A stretch of DNA of 64,000 nt, taken from positions 2,063-66,062 of the forward strand of contig CAZEEI010000002.1 in assembly GCA_964511175.1 (NCBI GenBank), given 5' to 3'. Below are positions 9,399 through 19,286 of the stretch, one piece after another. Numbering within the stretch: the first letter of the stretch is position 1; the number at the start of each line of letters is the position of its first letter. Source of the stretch: an uncultured Pseudomonadales bacterium (GTDB lineage Bacteria; Patescibacteriota; Microgenomatia; UBA1400; UBA1396). Made by a program: the position numbers and the translations under genes. Under the pieces are notes generated by a model. That model was not told where the DNA came from. It worked only from the letters and a program-made list of their open reading frames with translations, and did no database searches.

Positions 9399-10383
9399 TG
9401 TTGATATTCTAATTGTTGATGCTTTTTCTTTGTTGTTTAGGGCTTTCCACGCTTTTCCTTTATCCCTAACTTCGCCCAGTGGTGAATTAACTAATGCTGT
9501 TTTTGGCTTTACCCGATTGTTGCTGGACGCCCTACATAAAACTATGCCGGAGTATTTAGTGGTTGCTACTGATCAGGGCAAACCCACTTTCCGTCATCAG
9601 GACTACGTGGAATATAAAGCCAATCGTCCGGAGGCGCCACACGAGTTAACGGTGCAGATTGATCGTTTGTATGAGGTGTTGTCGGTTCTCAATATTCCCA
9701 CGATCGGTGTAGATGGCTATGAAGCCGACGACGTTATTGGTACTTTAGCCGCACAACTGCGCCAGGAGTGCCCCGAATTAGTAGTTGGCATTTTAACTGG
9801 CGATCGTGATGCTTATCAGTTGGTGGGCGGCAATGTTGTCGTAGTAACCCCCTCGCATCAGCGCAATGTTGAACTGCAGGTTATTGATAAAGTAGCCGTA
9901 GAAAAACGTTTTGGCATTCTACCTGATCAGGTAGTTGATTACAAAGCATTATGCGGCGATGTTTCCGATAATATTCCTGGTGTCAAAGGTATTGGTCCTA
10001 AGACGGCAGTACAGTTGTTAACCAAATTCGGTTCTTTAACTCGTCTTTATGCTGCCTTAGCCTGGAGTGCCGGCGCAGCGGCAGAGGTGGCGGGCCTGTC
10101 CTTAGCTGAGGATGAAAAAAAGACTTTAATTGAACAATTCTCATCGCTTTCACCAACAGTAGTGCGCAAATTGGCTGATTCGCAGGAAAGTGCTTGGTTA
10201 TCACAGCGGCTGGCGCGTATTGATACGGCAGTGCCTTTATCTTTTACCCTGGCGAGTGCGCGGTTGAGCGATTATGATAAAGAACGGGCGCTAGCTTTGT
10301 TTGATAAGCTTGGTTTTCAGTCGTTAAAGAAACGATTACCGGCGGATAATTTTGAAGCCGGCGTCCAAGCAAGTTTATTTTAG
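9349..10383 (+). CDS. Stand-alone 5'-3' exonuclease (Pol I N-terminal/FEN-like), no polymerase domain
   Basis: 5'-3' exonuclease motifs (LIVDAFSLLFRAF, GDRDAYQLV, DNIPGVKGIGPKTAVQLL, with the helix-hairpin-helix). It ends at 344 aa with no polymerase domain. Its annotated start overlaps the ftsH end by 50 nt, so the true start is uncertain. Confidence 0.85.
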   Translation: MFLKPSRRKTAVTTLIDVDILIVDAFSLLFRAFHAFPLSLTSPSGELTNAVFGFTRLLLDALHKTMPEYLVVATDQGKPTFRHQDYVEYKANRPEAPHELTVQIDRLYEVLSVLNIPTIGVDGYEADDVIGTLAAQLRQECPELVVGILTGDRDAYQLVGGNVVVVTPSHQRNVELQVIDKVAVEKRFGILPDQVVDYKALCGDVSDNIPGVKGIGPKTAVQLLTKFGSLTRLYAALAWSAGAAAEVAGLSLAEDEKKTLIEQFSSLSPTVVRKLADSQESAWLSQRLARIDTAVPLSFTLASARLSDYDKERALALFDKLGFQSLKKRLPADNFEAGVQASLF

Positions 10384-10391
10384 GAGGTTAG

Positions 10392-11360
10392 ATGGCTTTT
10401 AAACCTGGCAGTATTATTCAAGACCGCTTTTTATTAACCGCCATGGAGCAACGTACTACCAAACAGGGCAAGAAGTTCTACACTTTGCAGTTAGCTCATC
10501 CGGAGGGCGCGATTGCCGGTACCATTTGGAGTGAGGCCATACCCCGCGTTAAAATCGTGCCGGATGCGGTGGTTTACTTGGAAGGCAAGATCGATAGTTA
10601 CAATGGCCGCACTTCGTTAGTGGTGGAGTCGGGTTACACTTTAGCCGACGCCGACCCGGCCGAGTTTTTAACCGCGGTTAAAACAACCCCGACGTTAATT
10701 TTTGATATTGAGACAGTGGGTATTCCTTTCGCTGACATTGCAGCCGAATCACAACGGTATCTACTGGAAAGACTGGAACGGGCGGAAACACCGACCGACC
10801 AAGAAGCCGCCAAACAGAAAACCGGTCTTTACCCCCTATTTGGTTACGTGGGAGCGATCGGTTTACTTGACACCCGGCAGAAAGGGACGGTTCTACTGCT
10901 GAATAAATCGGCCGTTACCATGGAAGACCAGCGTTTTAGTTGTGAAGTTTTTTCGACCGAGAAAGAATTATTAACCCGTTTTTGGGAAATCGCTGCTAAA
11001 TACCAACGTTTTGTTACTTACAATGGGCTCAGTTTTGATTGGCCTTTTTTAGTGTTTCGCTCTGGCGTTAACCGAGTTAAGGTATCGGTGCCGATCCGTC
11101 CCTGGAACAAAGATGAGAACAATTTGGATTTAGCCGTGGAAATTCCGCCTAGCCGGACAATGTATAAATTAAGTGAGGTGACCAAGGCAATGGGCTTGTC
11201 TAATCCCAAAGAGGCCGGGGTAAATGGCGGTGACGTGACCGCCCTTTTTGCGGCTGGTCAGCAGTCAGTGGTGGCTCAGTATGTGGCTCGCGATGTCAGT
11301 TCAACGGAACAATTATATGAGCTTTGGCGCACTTATTTGGCGGGACGTACGATTGTTTAG
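10392..11360 (+). CDS. Predicted 3'-5' exonuclease (DEDD/RNase H-like fold, PolB-exonuclease-like) with N-terminal OB fold
   Basis: The N-terminal ~100 aa look like an OB fold. It is followed by Exo I-like LIFDIETVGIP and Exo II-like YNGLSFDWPFL motifs, as in COG3298/YprB-type predicted exonucleases. Confidence 0.5.
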   Translation: MAFKPGSIIQDRFLLTAMEQRTTKQGKKFYTLQLAHPEGAIAGTIWSEAIPRVKIVPDAVVYLEGKIDSYNGRTSLVVESGYTLADADPAEFLTAVKTTPTLIFDIETVGIPFADIAAESQRYLLERLERAETPTDQEAAKQKTGLYPLFGYVGAIGLLDTRQKGTVLLLNKSAVTMEDQRFSCEVFSTEKELLTRFWEIAAKYQRFVTYNGLSFDWPFLVFRSGVNRVKVSVPIRPWNKDENNLDLAVEIPPSRTMYKLSEVTKAMGLSNPKEAGVNGGDVTALFAAGQQSVVAQYVARDVSSTEQLYELWRTYLAGRTIV

Positions 11361-11396
11361 ATTGCTGGGTGGAAAAACAACAGTTATACTGGGGTA

Positions 11397-12104
11397 ATGT
11401 TAGAAGAGCGTGATTTGACGTTTGGTTCGTCAGGTCGGTTGCGTAGCGGCTGGGGTAGTTTGGTTAATGACCGAGCTAGTTTTACACCCACCCCTCGTCG
11501 TCGCCATTCACGTCGCGGTTTATTAGGTGCGGTTTTAGTCGTTTTAGTGCTTGGTTTGGGTTTAGTGGCCGCCCTGTTGGCTAGCCAGACCAATTTAGAT
11601 CTACGTCAGTTCGCCTGGGGTGGAGTTAATTTAAACACTAGCCTTTTTCAGCAGCGCTGGCTGGGTCCCAATCTGCAGGAGGTCATAGCCCGAGCTCCGT
11701 CGCAAGCCGGGGTCAAGGAGGTTTTTCACCAGTTAACCCGTCTTTATTGGGATGCTGACGTAGTTAACATTTCTTTACCACAGTTTGATTTTAACGGTGT
11801 AGCGTTTAAGGCCTATGAACCCAGCCGGAACGTTACTTATATTTTTGCCCGTCTAAATAACGTGCCGTGGGTGGAGGGTAAATATCTGGCGCTTTGGCTG
11901 GAAGGTAACGATGGCAGCTGGCTTTATGCCGGTTCACCGGAGTACACCATCGAATCCGGAGTTCTAGTGGCCTATTTTACTTTCCCTCTGGAGGGCAAAG
12001 TCGATCAGTACCGTATTCTCCATATCACTAGCGATAAGACCCAGCGTTCTTCTTTACCGGGCGATGATTTATTAGCTATTGCGTTTGCGGAGGATCAGCC
12101 ATGA
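11397..12104 (+). CDS. Hypothetical membrane-anchored protein (235 aa), translationally coupled to the giant protein gene
   Basis: Single N-terminal TM anchor (LLGAVLVVLVLGLGLVAALLAS) then an extracytoplasmic domain. Its stop TGA overlaps the ATG of the next gene (ATGA at 12101-12104). Confidence 0.5.
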   Translation: MLEERDLTFGSSGRLRSGWGSLVNDRASFTPTPRRRHSRRGLLGAVLVVLVLGLGLVAALLASQTNLDLRQFAWGGVNLNTSLFQQRWLGPNLQEVIARAPSQAGVKEVFHQLTRLYWDADVVNISLPQFDFNGVAFKAYEPSRNVTYIFARLNNVPWVEGKYLALWLEGNDGSWLYAGSPEYTIESGVLVAYFTFPLEGKVDQYRILHITSDKTQRSSLPGDDLLAIAFAEDQP

Positions 12105-15100
12105 GTGTTTGGTCGTCGCTATACTATTGTGGTCGACGCTTGCTGTCAGTATCTTTGCTAATTGGTTTGCTGATATTAGGATCAGCCGGTATTGCTTGGG
12201 CTTGTGATAATGGCGTGCCGGAAGGTGGTGAGGCGCGCAATGCCGGCAACGGTTGTGCCTATCGTTGTGTTAATGGCGGTTGGGAGGGGCCGATTTGGTG
12301 TGATGGTCAAGGTAACGGTCAATTTCAGGGGGAAGCGGCGCGCAGTGAAGCCGACCGGCAAGTTCAGACTAATGCAGTGGCAGAGTCTTTAGCCGAAGCT
12401 GCTGCCCAACTAGCGCAACAGTCGCCTGAGGAAACTGCGCAACATGCTACTAACAATGCCAATCAGCGGGCGTTGGAAGCGATACGTCAGCAAGCGATGG
12501 TTGAATCTCAGCGGCAAGCGGCGGTGGCTAGCGGTGTTTCGGCGGCCGAAGCCGCGGCGCGGTCTTCGGCCGCATCGGCCAACGTATCCCAAGCAGCTGG
12601 TACTACTCAAGGATCTTCGTTGGTAGGCAGCGGCAATCTACTAGCCAATCAACTAGCTGCTTCCGGTTATGGTTCGCCGGAGCAGGCTTTGGCAGCGGCC
12701 GGCTTGTCTGGTTCCAACGTAGCTGGTGCGGCAGTCAGTCAGGCAGTTAATCCGGAGAGTCTAGGTGGATCGTGCGATCTCAACACCGGTGCGGCCGGCA
12801 GCCAAGGGGTGGGTGGCGTTTGCTGCCGGGGTGGAGTGGCGGAATGTGGAGCGGACACCAACGGAGCTTGTATGTCGACACTCGACCGTCCAGGTGTAGT
12901 GGGGGTTTGTGGGGCAGCCGGTAGTCAAGATATATCTGGTTTTTGTGGCGATAGTTTTTGTAACGGTGCCAACGAAAACGCTAACAGTTGTGAGGCTGAT
13001 TGTCGTAATGTTGCCGCCGGCCAATCCGGTAATGCTCTGTTTTTGAGGGAAGGTGGCAAGTGTGTATCTTGTCCATCCGGCAAAGAAAATTCTTGTGGTA
13101 CCTATGCTGAATGTTTACGGGGGGAGACTGATCAACCACTAGTCGAGGCAGTTACCTTAACGCCGGCGCAGCAGCGGCAAATGGATCAATTAACCAATCT
13201 GGCCGACCAGTGTCGCAACGCCATTTACTCTGAGGACGACATTAATGGATTTAAGTGCACTAATCGTTATTTGGAAAAATATAACGAAGTCGCTCAAACC
13301 GCAGACGGTAAAGTAGTAACGGCGCTTATCACCGAACGCCGTGAAGCCGAAAATCACATATATGATCTGGCTGCGAATCTTGCCGAACAGAATATCAATT
13401 GTGAACAGGCCATAAAAACAGGATCCAATTGTCTGATGAATCTTGAGGATTATGAACTAGGCTATGCTGATGCGCTGGCGAGATTTGCCAAATTATATCC
13501 GGAGAGGGCGGCGAAGGTAGAGAGCAATAGCAAAAACTATCAAACCTATTTGGACGAGGAAGCTGGACGAGCTTTGGACACGGCAAAAAACTTAGAACAG
13601 CGTTTTGAAGATTTAGCAACAGAGGTACAATCGCAGTGTAAGGGTGCAGGTTCTCTAGACGAAGTAACAAAGTGTGTCGACCGCAAACGCAACGTGGTAG
13701 AGGCAGCTTATCAAAATTACTCTGATCCGGAGAGTTCATTTTGTCAGCGTTTTCCTAAAAGTTGCGTGTCAGCTAAGGATATTGCATCCGAAGTCCAAGC
13801 GGTGAATGTCGACAATTTGTATCCTGAGGTGGAAGGTAAATATAAACCTGATGGTAGTAGGGTTTGCCGCAGAAATTTGGACAACCTTAATAATTGTGTA
13901 GCATCAATTCCTGGTCAGGTTGAGGTAACGCCGGGAAAGCCGGCCGAAACTAGCCCGGTTGTACCTCCAGAAATCCCTACCGCTCCGGTTGTCCCAACTG
14001 GACTGATTGCGCCCTCTGTTCCGGATGTTCCGAGTGGTAGTGTTCGTGATACTGGTTCAAGAGTTGGGCTTACTAGCGAACAGAAAGCAGCTATCGACGG
14101 CTCAACTGCGGAAACGGTAGCTCCCGCCACGATTCAAGGTTTTGCAATTGAAACGAGAGTAAACCAAGAAGGAGAATCCGAAAATATTTGCCCCGATAAC
14201 TTACCCGGTGGTTGTCACTGTGGTACTAGTGATATTATGTCTGGCATGGGTTGCCCTGCGGGTTCGACCCTAGGGCTTGAAACGTATCCTTGGCGTTGTC
14301 CCAGCCAACCAGAGGTATCGTATTGTCAATGTGATGGTAGGAATGTACTTCCTGATGGCAGTTGTCCCGCGGGATCGGCTTTCTCTGTTATATATGGTTC
14401 GTCAACCAACGAGCAAGAAGAAGCGATTAATGGCTCAGCGGTATCGTTAACCCCACCGGAGACAACGGCTGCTTCCTCTACTGTAGTGGGTGATAAATGT
14501 CCAGACACGTTGGATGGTAAAGAAGTAAAACGGTGTAATTGTGGAACGGGTGACGTTAAAGAGGCTATTGATTCAGGTGACTCTTGTCCGGATGGTTCGT
14601 CGCCTCAGGTAGTCTTGGCTAAGTCGACACCAGCTGACTCAACTACTGTGGTGGCATCATTTTCCCAAGAACAAGTGAATGCTTTTGGCGGGCAGGTGAT
14701 TAACGCACTGCGTAATGTGGGGCAAAATATTACTAATGCTTGGGCCGGTCTTTTTGGTTCGGTTACGGGTGGTACAACAAAACAAGATACTACTACAACG
14801 CAACCAACCACTTCTCAATCGACTAATGAAACAGATCAGTCCACCAGCGAAACAGAGTTCGAAACCAGGCCTGATGAGCAAGGTTGGGATGTTAATATTT
14901 GCCCAGCCGAAGCAGCTGATGGTTGTAATTGTGAGGGTCGTTATATTCGGCCGGGTCAGGAATGCCGGGTACATTTATCCCTAACGGTGTTAAGTAGTGA
15001 GACACCAGTTCAAACTTGTCCCACTAATGCTAATGTTCTCTACTGTGAATGTGACCTAACCACACGACAGCCGGGCGAGACTTGTCCGAGTACCGCCAAG

Positions 15101-16066
15101 TTTAACATTGTTAGGAGTCGGCAGAATGTGATTACTGATCTTACTGATGGTGTTAGGCGAGTAGCGGAACAAGTCTCTTACGCCGTTAATACTCTGGCTC
15201 GTCAGTATGCTGCTAGCCAACTACTTGGTTCGATACAGAATGCTTTGGGAAATATAATGGGTTCTTCCTCGAAGAGTACGACTGAAGTAGATCAAGTTAC
15301 TACCACAACGGAAACCGAAACCGCGCCGATAGCGGAATTGCCTGAAGGAAAAACAGCGGTAGAAGTTCGCAATACACCAATTTCTGGCAACCAGCTTTTA
15401 GATGGTGGTAAAGGATTAGGAAATGGTAGCACTCAAGATAACGGCAACTTTCAGCTTGAAGGATATTGCCAGGTCAAAAACACAGAAAACATGCAATATA
15501 CAGGGGCTATTTCTGATAATGCAGGTAATTGGTTTTGTACAAACGAAAGTGGGGCAAAAGTTCCGCTTACACCAACTGATATGGATGTAGTATGTGGTTT
15601 GACGTATAAAACTGGTGCAAATTTCAACTCAGATGCTGTTGCCGTATTTGTGCCGGGGTTAACTGGTACTCCTGCTTACAACTGGCGTTGCGGGAGCCGT
15701 AGCGGTTCACCGCCACCAATTGAGACATCAGTTGATGAGGCAACGCCAGTAAAAGATTCCCAACAGCCTGAACCCGTGCTTCTCATGAATGGAACTGGTT
15801 TATCGAACGACCAAAGTGTGACTAACGGCAAGATGCAGGTGGAAGGCTACTGCACTGATCAGGGATATGGTATTAAGCAAGACAATACGAATTGGTACTG
15901 TACCGATGCCCAAAATAATGCGGTAAAGACACTTACCTCTACAGATTTTAACCAAATCTGTCAAGAAACATACAACGATCCCAGTGCCTTTGCTGTACAA
16001 GACGGAGCAGATTCGGTTGCCGCTTACAACTGGAACTGTTACGGTTATAATGAGTCGTCACAATGA
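12101..16066 (+). CDS. Giant (1321 aa) secreted cysteine-rich repeat protein; candidate surface adhesin/glycoprotein
   Basis: Signal/anchor (LLSVSLLIGLLILGSAGIAWA) followed by an Ala/Gln/Ser low-complexity region, Cys-rich modules, P/T-rich and T/S-rich linkers, three copies of a CP..GC.C..(W)RCP..YC.CD..CP module and two tandem C-terminal ~90-aa repeats (EGYC...NW[FY]CT...AYNW.C). Uninterrupted 3966-nt ORF; its stop overlaps the ugd start (ATGA at 16063-16066). Confidence 0.8.
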   Translation: MSVWSSLYYCGRRLLSVSLLIGLLILGSAGIAWACDNGVPEGGEARNAGNGCAYRCVNGGWEGPIWCDGQGNGQFQGEAARSEADRQVQTNAVAESLAEAAAQLAQQSPEETAQHATNNANQRALEAIRQQAMVESQRQAAVASGVSAAEAAARSSAASANVSQAAGTTQGSSLVGSGNLLANQLAASGYGSPEQALAAAGLSGSNVAGAAVSQAVNPESLGGSCDLNTGAAGSQGVGGVCCRGGVAECGADTNGACMSTLDRPGVVGVCGAAGSQDISGFCGDSFCNGANENANSCEADCRNVAAGQSGNALFLREGGKCVSCPSGKENSCGTYAECLRGETDQPLVEAVTLTPAQQRQMDQLTNLADQCRNAIYSEDDINGFKCTNRYLEKYNEVAQTADGKVVTALITERREAENHIYDLAANLAEQNINCEQAIKTGSNCLMNLEDYELGYADALARFAKLYPERAAKVESNSKNYQTYLDEEAGRALDTAKNLEQRFEDLATEVQSQCKGAGSLDEVTKCVDRKRNVVEAAYQNYSDPESSFCQRFPKSCVSAKDIASEVQAVNVDNLYPEVEGKYKPDGSRVCRRNLDNLNNCVASIPGQVEVTPGKPAETSPVVPPEIPTAPVVPTGLIAPSVPDVPSGSVRDTGSRVGLTSEQKAAIDGSTAETVAPATIQGFAIETRVNQEGESENICPDNLPGGCHCGTSDIMSGMGCPAGSTLGLETYPWRCPSQPEVSYCQCDGRNVLPDGSCPAGSAFSVIYGSSTNEQEEAINGSAVSLTPPETTAASSTVVGDKCPDTLDGKEVKRCNCGTGDVKEAIDSGDSCPDGSSPQVVLAKSTPADSTTVVASFSQEQVNAFGGQVINALRNVGQNITNAWAGLFGSVTGGTTKQDTTTTQPTTSQSTNETDQSTSETEFETRPDEQGWDVNICPAEAADGCNCEGRYIRPGQECRVHLSLTVLSSETPVQTCPTNANVLYCECDLTTRQPGETCPSTAKFNIVRSRQNVITDLTDGVRRVAEQVSYAVNTLARQYAASQLLGSIQNALGNIMGSSSKSTTEVDQVTTTTETETAPIAELPEGKTAVEVRNTPISGNQLLDGGKGLGNGSTQDNGNFQLEGYCQVKNTENMQYTGAISDNAGNWFCTNESGAKVPLTPTDMDVVCGLTYKTGANFNSDAVAVFVPGLTGTPAYNWRCGSRSGSPPPIETSVDEATPVKDSQQPEPVLLMNGTGLSNDQSVTNGKMQVEGYCTDQGYGIKQDNTNWYCTDAQNNAVKTLTSTDFNQICQETYNDPSAFAVQDGADSVAAYNWNCYGYNESSQ

Positions 16067-17361
16067 AAATTTGCGTAATTGGTACCGGCTTTGTAGGCGT
16101 AGTCACGGCGGCGGTGTTGGCTTCCTTTGATAATGAGGTGGTTGGTTTAGATATTGATCCGGCCAAAATTGCCAAGCTCCGCCAGGGTGAAGTTCCTTTT
16201 TTTGAGCCAAAGCTAGAGGATCTCCTACGTTCGACCCAAACCAACGGTCAGCTTACTTTTACTACCGACTACGCTCAAGCGGTTGGCGACGCTGACGTGG
16301 TGGTTGTAGCGGTAGGAACTCCTTCCGCCCCGGACGGTAATGCCGATCTAACCTATGTTTTTCAAGCTTGTGAGGCCGCTGCCGCCCACCTCAAAGAGGG
16401 GGCTATTTTGGCGATTAAGAGCACTGTGCCGCCCGGCACTCTAACCGAAGTGCGCCAGCATTTGGCCGATCACACGAGTCGTCCCTTTATCTTGGCGTCT
16501 TTGCCGGAATTTCTGCGGGAAGGTTCGGCGGTAGATGACACTTTGCATCCTAGCCGGGTAGTGATCGGTTGTACCGACCCGGCCGGCCAAGAGATTCTAC
16601 GGCGTTTGCACACACCTTTCCAAGCCCCCATAGTCATGGTTTCGCCGGAGAGCGCGCAAATGGGCAAGTATGCGGCCAACGCTTATCTAGCAACGCGGAT
16701 CACTTTTATTAACCAAATTGCCGATCTATGCGAGGTTAACGGTGCTAACGTGCAGGAAGTGATTAAGGTGATCGGTGAAGATCCGCGCATCGGCCGGCAC
16801 TACTGGTACCCTGGTTTGGGTTACGGTGGTTCATGTTTCCCCAAGGACGTGCGCGAATTAGCTGCCTACTCGCGTTCGGTAGGACATGGTAACAATTTGT
16901 TTAACAAAATCAATGAGCTTAACACCGAGCGGATTTTCACTAAACTGGATGAGTTTGAAAAATTAATCGGTACTTGGGAAGGTAAGACCGTGGCGGTGCT
17001 GGGTTTATCCTTTAAGCCCAATACCGATGATTTGCGGGAAGCGCCCAGTACTAAGCTGATTCCTCATCTCCTGCACAAAGGGGCCAAGGTAATTGGTCAT
17101 GACCCCATGGCTATTCCGGTAGCTGAGAAAGTTTTCGAACCGGACGCTAACCTTAGTTTTAGCACTGATTTGTCCGCCGTTGTTGCCGTAGCCGACGTAA
17201 TAATGGTAGTGGTAGAGTGGTCAGAGTATCTTCAGTATCCTTTTGTTCAGGCAGAAGGACGTGGTCGGTTGTTCGTGGATGCCCGTAATCAGTTTGAGCC
17301 ACAAGGTTTATTGCAAGCCGGCTGGCGCTACATGGGTGTAGGCAGGGGAGATCAATCATGA
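16063..17361 (+). CDS. ugd: UDP-glucose 6-dehydrogenase family (nucleotide-sugar dehydrogenase)
   Basis: N-terminal Rossmann MKICVIGTGFVGVV and the catalytic GGSCFPKDV motif; 432 aa. Confidence 0.9.
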   Translation: MKICVIGTGFVGVVTAAVLASFDNEVVGLDIDPAKIAKLRQGEVPFFEPKLEDLLRSTQTNGQLTFTTDYAQAVGDADVVVVAVGTPSAPDGNADLTYVFQACEAAAAHLKEGAILAIKSTVPPGTLTEVRQHLADHTSRPFILASLPEFLREGSAVDDTLHPSRVVIGCTDPAGQEILRRLHTPFQAPIVMVSPESAQMGKYAANAYLATRITFINQIADLCEVNGANVQEVIKVIGEDPRIGRHYWYPGLGYGGSCFPKDVRELAAYSRSVGHGNNLFNKINELNTERIFTKLDEFEKLIGTWEGKTVAVLGLSFKPNTDDLREAPSTKLIPHLLHKGAKVIGHDPMAIPVAEKVFEPDANLSFSTDLSAVVAVADVIMVVVEWSEYLQYPFVQAEGRGRLFVDARNQFEPQGLLQAGWRYMGVGRGDQS

Positions 17362-18308
17362 ACCCACGTGTTTTAATCACTGGCGCTTCCGGTTTTGTCG
17401 GATCCCACTTGGTTGAGTATTTATTAAAACAAGGCTATGCCGATCTTTGGGCGACCGCCAATACACCATCGCCGTGGCTGAATGAACAAGTGGGTGAGGA
17501 TCATGTTGCCGTGATTGATTTGACCGAAAGCCAAGCGGTGTTTGATCTAGTAGCTAATACCAAACCAGATTGGATTATTCACTTAGCCGGACTGGCTTTT
17601 GTGGGGGAAAGCTTTGATCGGGCCACGGAAGTTATGAATAATAATACGGCCTTGCAGTACATTATGCTGGAAGCGATGCGCCGTTTTGTGCCTAAGGCCA
17701 GAATGCTGGCGATTGGTTCGGCGGCGGAGTATGGTTCCTTGCCGGCGGAGTTTGACAGCAGCCGGATTACGGAGGATTTTCCCCTCTATCCCAACAACCC
17801 TTACGCGGTATCTAAACTTACCCAGGATTTTTTGTCACTGTCCTACCACTTGGCTTATGGGCTGGACGTGGTGCGAGTGCGGCCTTTCAATCAAATCGGT
17901 CCCCGCCAGACCGGCCAATTTGCCGTGCCAGCCTTCGCCCAACAAATTGTCCGAGTCGAACGGGGCGAGCAGGAACAAGTAATGGTTGGCAATTTAACAG
18001 CAGTGCGTGATTTTACTGATGTCCGGGATGCGGTGCAGGTTTATGAGTTACTGCTCCAAAAAGGCCGGTCCGGCGAAGTTTACAATCTTGGTTCCGGTCA
18101 GGGCGTTGCTCTCCAGACAATACTCGATATACTAATATCGATGGCTCAGAAGCCGGTTGAGGTGGCGGTTGACCCAGCTCGCCTGCGCCCGGTTGACGTT
18201 CCGGTGTTTGTTGCCGGTAATCAGAAAATTAAGGATCTTGGTTGGCGGCCGCAAATCGAACTGCGCCAAACTTTAGCCGATGTCCTAGCTTACGAAAGGA
18301 AACAATGA
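17358..18308 (+). CDS. NAD-dependent epimerase/dehydratase (SDR extended family; possibly a GDP-4-keto-6-deoxymannose reductase/epimerase partner of Gmd)
   Basis: [19 protein letters not shown] Rossmann motif and a YAVSK catalytic YxxxK. It sits directly upstream of gmd, and its ATG overlaps the ugd stop. Confidence 0.8.
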   Translation: MNPRVLITGASGFVGSHLVEYLLKQGYADLWATANTPSPWLNEQVGEDHVAVIDLTESQAVFDLVANTKPDWIIHLAGLAFVGESFDRATEVMNNNTALQYIMLEAMRRFVPKARMLAIGSAAEYGSLPAEFDSSRITEDFPLYPNNPYAVSKLTQDFLSLSYHLAYGLDVVRVRPFNQIGPRQTGQFAVPAFAQQIVRVERGEQEQVMVGNLTAVRDFTDVRDAVQVYELLLQKGRSGEVYNLGSGQGVALQTILDILISMAQKPVEVAVDPARLRPVDVPVFVAGNQKIKDLGWRPQIELRQTLADVLAYERKQ

Positions 18309-19279
18309 AAAAAGCTTTTATCACTGGTGTAACCGGGCAGGATGGTTCCTATTTAGCTGAGCTGCTGTTAGACAAAGGCTATGCTGTTTATGGTCTCAAT
18401 CGCCGTACCAGTACCCAAAATCTATCGCGTATCATTCATTTGGTGGATAATCCTAATTTCGAATTAGTCTCTGGCGACTTAATTGATCAGCACTCGATCA
18501 CTACGGCTTTACAGAGAATCCAGCCTGACGAAGTATATAACCTAGCCGCCCAATCTTTTGTCCAAACCAGTTGGGAACAGCCGGTTTTAACCGGCGAGTA
18601 TACAGCCTTGGGAGTAACCCGTATGCTGGAGGCGGTACGACTGGCCTGTCCAGGAGCTCATTTTTATCAAGCTTCTTCTTCAGAGATGTTCGGCAAAGTG
18701 CGGGAAGTGCCGCAAAACGAGCAAACACCTTTTTACCCGCGCTCGCCATATGGAGTAGCTAAGGCTTATGGTCATTGGATTACGGTTAATTATCGCGAAT
18801 CTTACGATATGTACGCTGTCTCAGGCATTTTATTTAATCACGAATCACCCCGTCGAGGATTGGAGTTTGTGACGCGGAAGATTTCCCACGCCATTGCCCG
18901 CATTAAACTGGGTAAACAAGACAAAATTCATCTGGGCAATTTAGATTCCAAACGCGATTGGGGATATGCTCGAGACTATGTAGAAGCGATTTGGTTGATG
19001 TTACAGCAGGAAAAGCCTGAAGACTACGTTATTGCGACCGAGGAGACACATTCCGTGCGGGAGTTTTTAATCGAGGCTTGTCGAGTAGCCGAAATACCCA
19101 ACTGGGAGGACATTGTTGTCATTGATGAACGCTACAAGCGGCCGGCGGAAGTTGATTTATTGGTAGGTGATGCTACTAAGGCTCATCAAGAGCTAGGCTG
19201 GCAACCCAAAACTTCCTTTACTGAGTTAGTGCGAATCATGGTTGAGGCCGATTTGGAACTAGTCAAACGAGAAGGGTAA
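18305..19279 (+). CDS. gmd: GDP-mannose 4,6-dehydratase
   Basis: [30 protein letters not shown] is the classic Gmd N-terminus. The Gmd-specific regions are also present (e.g. [10 protein letters not shown]). The ATG at 18305 overlaps the upstream stop, so the ORF-track extension to 18242 is probably spurious. Confidence 0.9.
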   Translation: MKKAFITGVTGQDGSYLAELLLDKGYAVYGLNRRTSTQNLSRIIHLVDNPNFELVSGDLIDQHSITTALQRIQPDEVYNLAAQSFVQTSWEQPVLTGEYTALGVTRMLEAVRLACPGAHFYQASSSEMFGKVREVPQNEQTPFYPRSPYGVAKAYGHWITVNYRESYDMYAVSGILFNHESPRRGLEFVTRKISHAIARIKLGKQDKIHLGNLDSKRDWGYARDYVEAIWLMLQQEKPEDYVIATEETHSVREFLIEACRVAEIPNWEDIVVIDERYKRPAEVDLLVGDATKAHQELGWQPKTSFTELVRIMVEADLELVKREG

Positions 19280-19286
19280 AGTACGT

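Noticed and set aside
12300-12700. Ala/Gln/Ser low-complexity DNA as a possible tandem repeat or mobile repeat
   Set aside because: It is an in-frame part of the giant protein's N-terminal low-complexity region, not an independent DNA repeat.
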